Of a DNA stretch of 53,313 nt, positions 47,873 through 53,313 are shown in pieces. Origin of the DNA: an uncultured Acholeplasmataceae bacterium (lineage in GTDB: Bacteria; Bacillota_I; Bacilli_A; Acholeplasmatales; Acholeplasmataceae). The translations under genes were made by a program, and so were the position numbers. Every line of letters begins with the position of its first letter. The first letter of the stretch is position 1. Under the pieces are notes generated by a model, which was given only the letters and a program-made list of their open reading frames with translations, had not been told where the DNA came from and searched no databases. Where the stretch lies: contig CAUUIA010000001.1 of NCBI GenBank assembly GCA_963545195.1, forward strand, positions 1 to 53,313. The letters run 5' to 3'.

Positions 47873-49231
47873 ATGATTTTTAAAAGAAAAATACACGATA
47901 AATTACTTAAATGGAAAAACGAAAGTCAAGGTAAAACAGCTCTGCTAATCGAAGGTGCTCGTAGAATTGGTAAATCAACTGCTGTAGTTGAATTTGCAAA
48001 AGTCAATTACAAAAGTTATATTTTAATAGACTTTGCTAATGAAGATGAGCAAATCAAAAACCTATTTTTTAACAACTTAAACGATTTAGACAGTTTTTTT
48101 ATGTATCTTTCTTTGCATAAAAAAACTAAACTTTATGAAAGAAACACTCTAATAATTTTTGATGAAGTTCAAAAATTCCCCAAAGCCCGAGAAGCCATTA
48201 AATATTTAGTTAAAGATGGCAGATATGACTACATAGAAACTGGTTCTTTAATTTCTATTAAAGAAAATGTCAAAGGCATCTTGTTGCCTTCAGAAGAACG
48301 AAAAATTAGTATGCACCCTATGGACTTTGAAGAGTTTACCTGGGCAATTGGAAACGAGCAAATAGTTCCTTTTATTAAAAACGCATTTATTCAAATGAAG
48401 CCAATTGAAAAACATATACACGACCTTTTAATGGAAACCTTTAGACTCTATTTAGTTTTAGGCGGAATGCCTAAAGTTATTTCTACTTTTTTAAAAGAAA
48501 ATAAACTGTTTAAAAGTTGTTTAGATGATAAAACTGATATTTTGGAAACTTACCGTGGCGACATTTTTAAAATAGAGCGAACTTACAGAGAAAAAGTGTT
48601 AAATGTTTTTGACCAAATTCCTAGTTTTTTGGCGCAATACGAAAAACGAATTAAATTTACTCAGCAAGGCAGCGCTGCTAGAAGCAAGAACTACGAAGAT
48701 GCTTTTGCCTGGTTAAAAGACTCAAAAATTTGTAACATTTGCCCAGCGGTAACAGATCCTAATATCGGCCTTGCTTTATCTGAGTCAAGTAGTTACTTAA
48801 AATGCTACATGGGAGATACAGGTCTACTTTTGGCTAAAACCTTTTCAGATAAAGAAAGTGAAAAAACTCAAATTTACCTTGATTTACTAAATGACAAACT
48901 ATCTATTAACAAGGGCATGTTTTTTGAAAATATAGTCGCCCAGATTTTAACTGCAAACGGACACAAACTTTATTTTTATAGTCATTATTCAAAAGAAAAA
49001 AGGAGAAACGACATTGAGGTTGATTTTATAATCACAAGTAATGAACCTTTTGGCAAAATCACCGCAATTGAAGTCAAATCAGCGAAAAACTATAAAACCA
49101 CATCACTAAATAAGTTTAAAGAAAAGTTTTTGTCAAGAGTTGACAAGTGTTATATTATTCACCCCAAAAACTTGCATGTTCGCGAAGATGGAGTAATTTG
49201 TATACCTGCCTATATGGCGATCTGTCTTTAA
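47873..49231 (+). CDS. AAA+ ATPase with C-terminal DUF4143 / PD-(D/E)xK-like domain (COG1373-type), intact
   Basis: Walker A GARRIGKST and Walker B LIIFDEVQ. The C-terminal nuclease-fold-like motif is DIEVDFII...ITAIEVKS. Paralog of the frameshifted gene at 1309..2624. Confidence 0.85.
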   Translation: MIFKRKIHDKLLKWKNESQGKTALLIEGARRIGKSTAVVEFAKVNYKSYILIDFANEDEQIKNLFFNNLNDLDSFFMYLSLHKKTKLYERNTLIIFDEVQKFPKAREAIKYLVKDGRYDYIETGSLISIKENVKGILLPSEERKISMHPMDFEEFTWAIGNEQIVPFIKNAFIQMKPIEKHIHDLLMETFRLYLVLGGMPKVISTFLKENKLFKSCLDDKTDILETYRGDIFKIERTYREKVLNVFDQIPSFLAQYEKRIKFTQQGSAARSKNYEDAFAWLKDSKICNICPAVTDPNIGLALSESSSYLKCYMGDTGLLLAKTFSDKESEKTQIYLDLLNDKLSINKGMFFENIVAQILTANGHKLYFYSHYSKEKRRNDIEVDFIITSNEPFGKITAIEVKSAKNYKTTSLNKFKEKFLSRVDKCYIIHPKNLHVREDGVICIPAYMAICL

Positions 49232-49284
49232 GATTAGTTTTGCTAAAATAACCCAATTTAACACAAAGTGCAGCAACACCTTAT

Positions 49285-49317
49285 AAAAAAATGAAACAAG
49301 GTATCTTGTTTCATTTT
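49285..49317. terminator. Bidirectional intrinsic terminator between the convergent ATPase gene and ssrA
   Basis: AAATGAAACAAG-GTAT-CTTGTTTCATTT flanked by an A-run and a T-run. Confidence 0.8.
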
Positions 49318-49327
49318 AAAGTGCTTA

Positions 49328-49702
49328 TGGTGGAGGTAAGGAGATTTGAACTCCTGTCTTTAAAGGTCTAACCTTAACCGTCTACATGCTTAGTTTATTT
49401 AGATATTTAGTTAAAATTCAGTAAAACAAACAAACTAGAAATTAACTCTGAGTTTAAGTAATACCTAATCAAAACTCAAAAATAGACTAGATATCCTGCA
49501 TATATAAGGAAAACATTTTTTAAAAAAACTGCAGAAGTTCTTTAAAAATGCTATACGCGATTTAAATTAAGCGTATAAAAGAGTTTGTTGTGCTCTTGGC
49601 ACGAATAATGGTTTTGCGTTTATAAAACCTCGCGTTTTTACGTGCGCAGCCACGGCATGCAAGTTAATTTCAAACACGTTAAATCGAATCCGAAATACCC
49701 CC
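49328..49702 (-). ncRNA. ssrA: tmRNA (transfer-messenger RNA)
   Basis: On the minus strand, the 5' end GGGGGTATTTCGGATTCGA pairs with the 3' end TACCTCCACCA and includes the G3:U70 alanine identity pair. T-arm GGAGTTCAAATCTCC. An internal reading frame starts with GCA: AKPLFVPRAQQTLLYA then a stop (nt 49617 down to 49567). Confidence 0.9.
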
Positions 49703-49711
49703 GTCAAATTT

Positions 49712-49740
49712 AGTTTACCCGCAATTTAATTTTTTTTCAA
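49712..49740 (-). promoter_or_regulatory. Putative ssrA promoter
   Basis: On the minus strand: TTGAAA, 17 nt spacer, TAAACT, ending 9 nt upstream of the mature 5' end. Confidence 0.45.
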
Positions 49741-49767
49741 CTTGTTAGAATTTTCAAATGTTTTTAT

Positions 49768-49796
49768 TTGAAAAAAAAGCGTCAATAAGGTAAACT
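49768..49796 (+). promoter_or_regulatory. Putative str-operon (rpsL) promoter
   Basis: TTGAAA (49768-49773), 17 nt spacer, TAAACT (49791-49796). A leader with two small hairpins (TTGGG/CCCAA, ACACGG/CCGTGT) follows. Confidence 0.45.
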
Positions 49797-49873
49797 TAAA
49801 TACGTTGGGAAAACCCAATATTTTTTTAAAAAAGTTTTTAAAACACGGATAACCGTGTAAAAAAGGAGGAAAT

Positions 49874-50287
49874 ATGCCAACTATACAACAATTAGTTGTC
49901 AAAGGTAGACAAAGAAAAAACTCTAAAACTAAAGCACCTGCTCTAGGTTACGGCTTTAATGCATTAGAGAAACAAAATTCTTACTACTCATCTCCACAAA
50001 AACGTGGAGTTTGTGTCAAAGTTAGTACAATGACACCTAAAAAACCCAACTCAGCACTTCGTAAATACGCTCGTGTTCGTTTAAGCAATGGAACCGAAGT
50101 TACTGCGTATATTCCAGGAGTTGGACACACTCTGCAAGACCACAGCGTGGTTCTAATCAGAGGTGGACGTGTAAAAGACTTACCAGGTGTGCGCTACCAC
50201 ATTATTCGTGGTACTCTAGATACAGCCGGTGTACAAAACCGCCAACAAGCTAGATCTAAATACGGCGCTAAACGTCCAAAAAAATAG
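49874..50287 (+). CDS. rpsL: 30S ribosomal protein S12 (uS12)
   Basis: MPTIQQLV...[19 protein letters not shown]... Confidence 0.97.
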   Translation: MPTIQQLVVKGRQRKNSKTKAPALGYGFNALEKQNSYYSSPQKRGVCVKVSTMTPKKPNSALRKYARVRLSNGTEVTAYIPGVGHTLQDHSVVLIRGGRVKDLPGVRYHIIRGTLDTAGVQNRQQARSKYGAKRPKK

Positions 50288-50306
50288 AGAAAGGAGAAAT
50301 TGAATA

Positions 50307-50777
50307 ATGCCAAGAAAAGGTTATATTCCTAAAAGAGATGTTCTTCCTGATCCAATTTACAACTCTAAGTTAGTTACAAAAGCCATCAACACTATCATGC
50401 TTGACGGAAAAAGAGGAACTGCTCAATCTATTTTATACAATGCATTTAAACGTATTGAAAAAGAAACTGGCCAAGACGGGCTTGTAGTTTTCAAAGAAGC
50501 ACTTAACAATGTAATGCCCGTCCTTGAAACTCGTTCTCGCCGTATAGGTGGTCAAAACTACCAAGTTCCGGTGGAAGTTAAACCAGATAGACGCCAAGCA
50601 CTTGGTCTTCGTTGGTTAATTACTTACTCTCGTTTAAGAAAAGAAAAAACCATGGAAGAACGTTTTGCGAAAGAAATCCTAGACGCTCGCCAAGGTTTTG
50701 GTCAATCTGTTAAGAAAAAAGACGATACTCATAAAATGGCAGAGGCTAACAAAGCGTTTGCTCATTATAGATGGTAG
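50307..50777 (+). CDS. rpsG: 30S ribosomal protein S7 (uS7)
   Basis: [25 protein letters not shown]... Confidence 0.97.
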   Translation: MPRKGYIPKRDVLPDPIYNSKLVTKAINTIMLDGKRGTAQSILYNAFKRIEKETGQDGLVVFKEALNNVMPVLETRSRRIGGQNYQVPVEVKPDRRQALGLRWLITYSRLRKEKTMEERFAKEILDARQGFGQSVKKKDDTHKMAEANKAFAHYRW

Positions 50778-50783
50778 TTTAAG

Positions 50784-52856
50784 ATGCCTAGAAAAACTTC
50801 TTTAAAAGAAACTAGAAACATCGGTATCATGGCACACATTGATGCCGGAAAAACAACAACTACTGAGCGTATTCTTTACCACACTCACCGTATCCATAAA
50901 CTAGGCGAAACTCACGAGGGTGCCTCTCAAATGGACTGGATGGAGCAAGAAAAAGAACGTGGTATTACAATTACTTCAGCCGCTACTACTGCTTATTGGC
51001 GCGAACACCGTCTTAACATCATTGACACCCCAGGCCACGTGGACTTTACCGTTGAAGTTTCACGATCTCTTCGTGTACTTGATGGTGCGGTTACAGTGCT
51101 GGACGCTCAATCTGGTGTGGAGCCACAGACCGAAACCGTGTGGCGCCAAGCTACTGACTACCTAGTTCCACGTATTGTTTTTGTCAACAAAATGGACAAG
51201 GTTGGTGCGAACTTTGAAAACGCAATTGCAACAATCCACGATCGTCTGGGCGCAAACGCCGAAGCCGTTCAATGGCCGATTGGTGCAGAAACTGAGTTTA
51301 AAGGAATTATTGACTTAATTACCCGCAAAGCCTATATTTACGACGAAGGTATGGACGAGGTTACTAAGGAAATTGAAATCCCTGCCGAGTACAAAGAAAT
51401 TGTTGAAACTAAACGTCAACTACTTATTGAAACCGTTGCAGATTTTGACGAAGAGTTGATGGAAAAATACCTAGAAGGCGAAGAAGTTCCAGTTGAACTT
51501 ATCAAAAGAGCAATCCGCAAAGGTACACTTGCAGTTAAGTTCTTCCCTGCATTTTGTGGTTCGGCTTTTAAAAACAAAGGTGTTAAACTAGTTCTAGACG
51601 GAGTTATTGACTACCTGCCTTCTCCACTTGACATAGCAGCAGTTAAAGGTATGGATGAAAATGACTGCGAAGTTCTGCGCTCAGCGTCTGACGACGAACC
51701 GTTTACTGCACTTGCTTTTAAAGTCATGACAGACCCTTATTCTGGTCGTCTTACTTTCTTTAGAGTCTACTCAGGTACAGTTAAAGCAGGTTCTTACGTT
51801 AAAAATACCACTAAAGGTGAACGCGAACGCTTTGGACGACTACTTTTAATGCACGCAAACGACCGCGAGGAAATTGATGAGGCTTTTGCTGGAGACATTT
51901 GTGCCGTAGTCGGTCTTAAAAACACTACAACCGGCGACACTTTGGCAACCGAAAAAGACACACTAATTCTTGAGTCTATGAAATTCCCAGAGCCAGTTAT
52001 TAACGTCGCAATTGAGCCAAAAACTAAAAACGACCAAGATAAAATGGCGATTGCCTTGCAAAAACTTGCCGAAGAAGACCCAACTTTCCGTACTTACACA
52101 GACTATGAAACCGGCCAAACTATCATTGCTGGTATGGGCGAACTTCACCTTGATGTCATAGTTGACCGTATGCGTCGTGAGTTTAAAGTAGAGGCAAATG
52201 TTGCGCAACCTCAAGTTTCATATAGAGAAACCATCACTAAGGCTGCCGACATTGAGGCTAAGTTTATCCGCCAATCTGGTGGACGTGGACAATACGGACA
52301 TGTTGTTATTAACTTTGAACCAAACCCAGGTAAAGGCTTTGAGTTTGTAGACAAAATCGTGGGTGGTGTGATTCCAAAAGAATATATTCCTGCGGTTATC
52401 AAAGGTCTTGAAGAAGCCCTGCCAAACGGAATTATTGCAGGATACCCTATCATGGACGTGAAAGCCACACTTCACTACGGTTCTTACCACGAAGTGGACT
52501 CATCTGAAATGGCGTTCAAAGCAGCCGCAACGATCGCAGTTCGTGAACTTGCCGAAAAAGGTGGAGCAACTATTCTTGAGCCAATTATGGCAGTAGACGT
52601 GGTAACCCCTGCTGAATACGTTGGAAACATCGTTGGTGACTTAACTTCTCGCCGTGGTAAAATTGACAGTCAAGAAAACCGCGGAAACGCAATTTGCGTA
52701 AAATGCTTCGTGCCACTGGCTCAAATGTTTGGCTACGCAACTGCACTTCGTTCAAACTCTCAAGGTCGTGCAAACTTCATTATGCAATTTGACCACTACG
52801 AACAAACCCCTAAATCTATTACTGAAGAAATCGTTAAAAAACGACAAACTAAATAA
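50784..52856 (+). CDS. fusA: Elongation factor G
   Basis: [28 protein letters not shown] and NKMD. Confidence 0.97.
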   Translation: MPRKTSLKETRNIGIMAHIDAGKTTTTERILYHTHRIHKLGETHEGASQMDWMEQEKERGITITSAATTAYWREHRLNIIDTPGHVDFTVEVSRSLRVLDGAVTVLDAQSGVEPQTETVWRQATDYLVPRIVFVNKMDKVGANFENAIATIHDRLGANAEAVQWPIGAETEFKGIIDLITRKAYIYDEGMDEVTKEIEIPAEYKEIVETKRQLLIETVADFDEELMEKYLEGEEVPVELIKRAIRKGTLAVKFFPAFCGSAFKNKGVKLVLDGVIDYLPSPLDIAAVKGMDENDCEVLRSASDDEPFTALAFKVMTDPYSGRLTFFRVYSGTVKAGSYVKNTTKGERERFGRLLLMHANDREEIDEAFAGDICAVVGLKNTTTGDTLATEKDTLILESMKFPEPVINVAIEPKTKNDQDKMAIALQKLAEEDPTFRTYTDYETGQTIIAGMGELHLDVIVDRMRREFKVEANVAQPQVSYRETITKAADIEAKFIRQSGGRGQYGHVVINFEPNPGKGFEFVDKIVGGVIPKEYIPAVIKGLEEALPNGIIAGYPIMDVKATLHYGSYHEVDSSEMAFKAAATIAVRELAEKGGATILEPIMAVDVVTPAEYVGNIVGDLTSRRGKIDSQENRGNAICVKCFVPLAQMFGYATALRSNSQGRANFIMQFDHYEQTPKSITEEIVKKRQTK

Positions 52857-52880
52857 TTTTGCTAAGGAGGATATTATTTT

Positions 52881-53313
52881 ATGGCAAAACAAAAATTCGA
52901 TCGTTCAAAACCACACGTTAACATTGGTACAATCGGCCACGTTGACCACGGTAAAACTACGCTAACCGCAGCTATCACTTATGTGCTTGGTGAACGCGGT
53001 CTGGCTCAAAAACTAGACTACAACCAAATTGACAAAGCACCAGAGGAAAAAGAACGCGGTATTACTATCAACACTTCACACGTTGAGTATGAAACTGCAA
53101 AACGCCACTACGCACACGTTGACTGCCCAGGCCACGCTGACTACGTTAAAAACATGATCACTGGTGCTGCCCAAATGGACGGTGGTATCTTAGTAGTTTC
53201 TGCTGCAGACGGTGCGATGCCACAAACTCGTGAACACATCCTACTTGCTCGCCAAGTTGGCGTGCCAAGACTAGTAGTTTTCTTAAATAAAGCAGACCTA
53301 GTTGGCGACCCTG
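52881..53313 (+). CDS. tuf: Elongation factor Tu (5' part, truncated by window end)
   Basis: [28 protein letters not shown]...[21 protein letters not shown]... GGAGG RBS. Confidence 0.97.
   Translation, partial: MAKQKFDRSKPHVNIGTIGHVDHGKTTLTAAITYVLGERGLAQKLDYNQIDKAPEEKERGITINTSHVEYETAKRHYAHVDCPGHADYVKNMITGAAQMDGGILVVSAADGAMPQTREHILLARQVGVPRLVVFLNKADLVGDP

Overview
Low-GC bacterial chromosome segment that uses the standard genetic code: TGA terminates rpsE and the DAK2 gene, and all conserved genes read through without UGA recoding. Gene content and order look Firmicutes/Mollicutes-like, most consistent with an Acholeplasma-type organism. That assignment is an inference from gene order, lipoprotein signals and Mollicute-style protein insertions, not a database hit. 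Almost everything lies on the + strand. In order, the window holds: the 3' end of a 5S rRNA; 10 tRNA genes; a frameshifted AAA/DUF4143 ATPase with a small HNH-like ORF; and a MalK/UgpC-type ABC importer (ATPase, two permeases, binding lipoprotein) followed by a staphylococcal-nuclease-type lipoprotein, a membrane protein and an OB-fold-like lipoprotein. Next come rplKA and rplJL with an L10 leader, a ybxB-like methyltransferase, YebC, a PNPOx-family protein and a membrane protein, then the complete S10-spc-alpha ribosomal cluster (rpsJ to rplQ, including the short rpmD and rpmJ missing from the ORF track). After that are pepA, rpmB (-), an atypical SDR, a DAK2 protein, two tandem DHH/DHHA1 phosphoesterases, MgtC, mnmE, dnaX, ybaB, rpoE, pyrG, acpP and leuS. 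The window ends with a second, intact AAA/DUF4143 ATPase, tmRNA (-), and rpsL-rpsG-fusA-tuf (tuf truncated by the window end). Most of the window is ordinary core genome. The parts worth a second look are: (i) two unrelated, exactly phased 33/34-bp tandem arrays, each immediately upstream of one of the two ATPase paralogs, which both sit at the 3' flank of tRNA/tmRNA genes; (ii) the ABC importer plus surface-nuclease cluster, whose ATPase carries a ~390-aa insertion with a coiled coil and a PstS-like half domain; (iii) a CTP synthase whose glutaminase nucleophile Cys is replaced by Asn. All start and end coordinates were counted by hand from the sequence.
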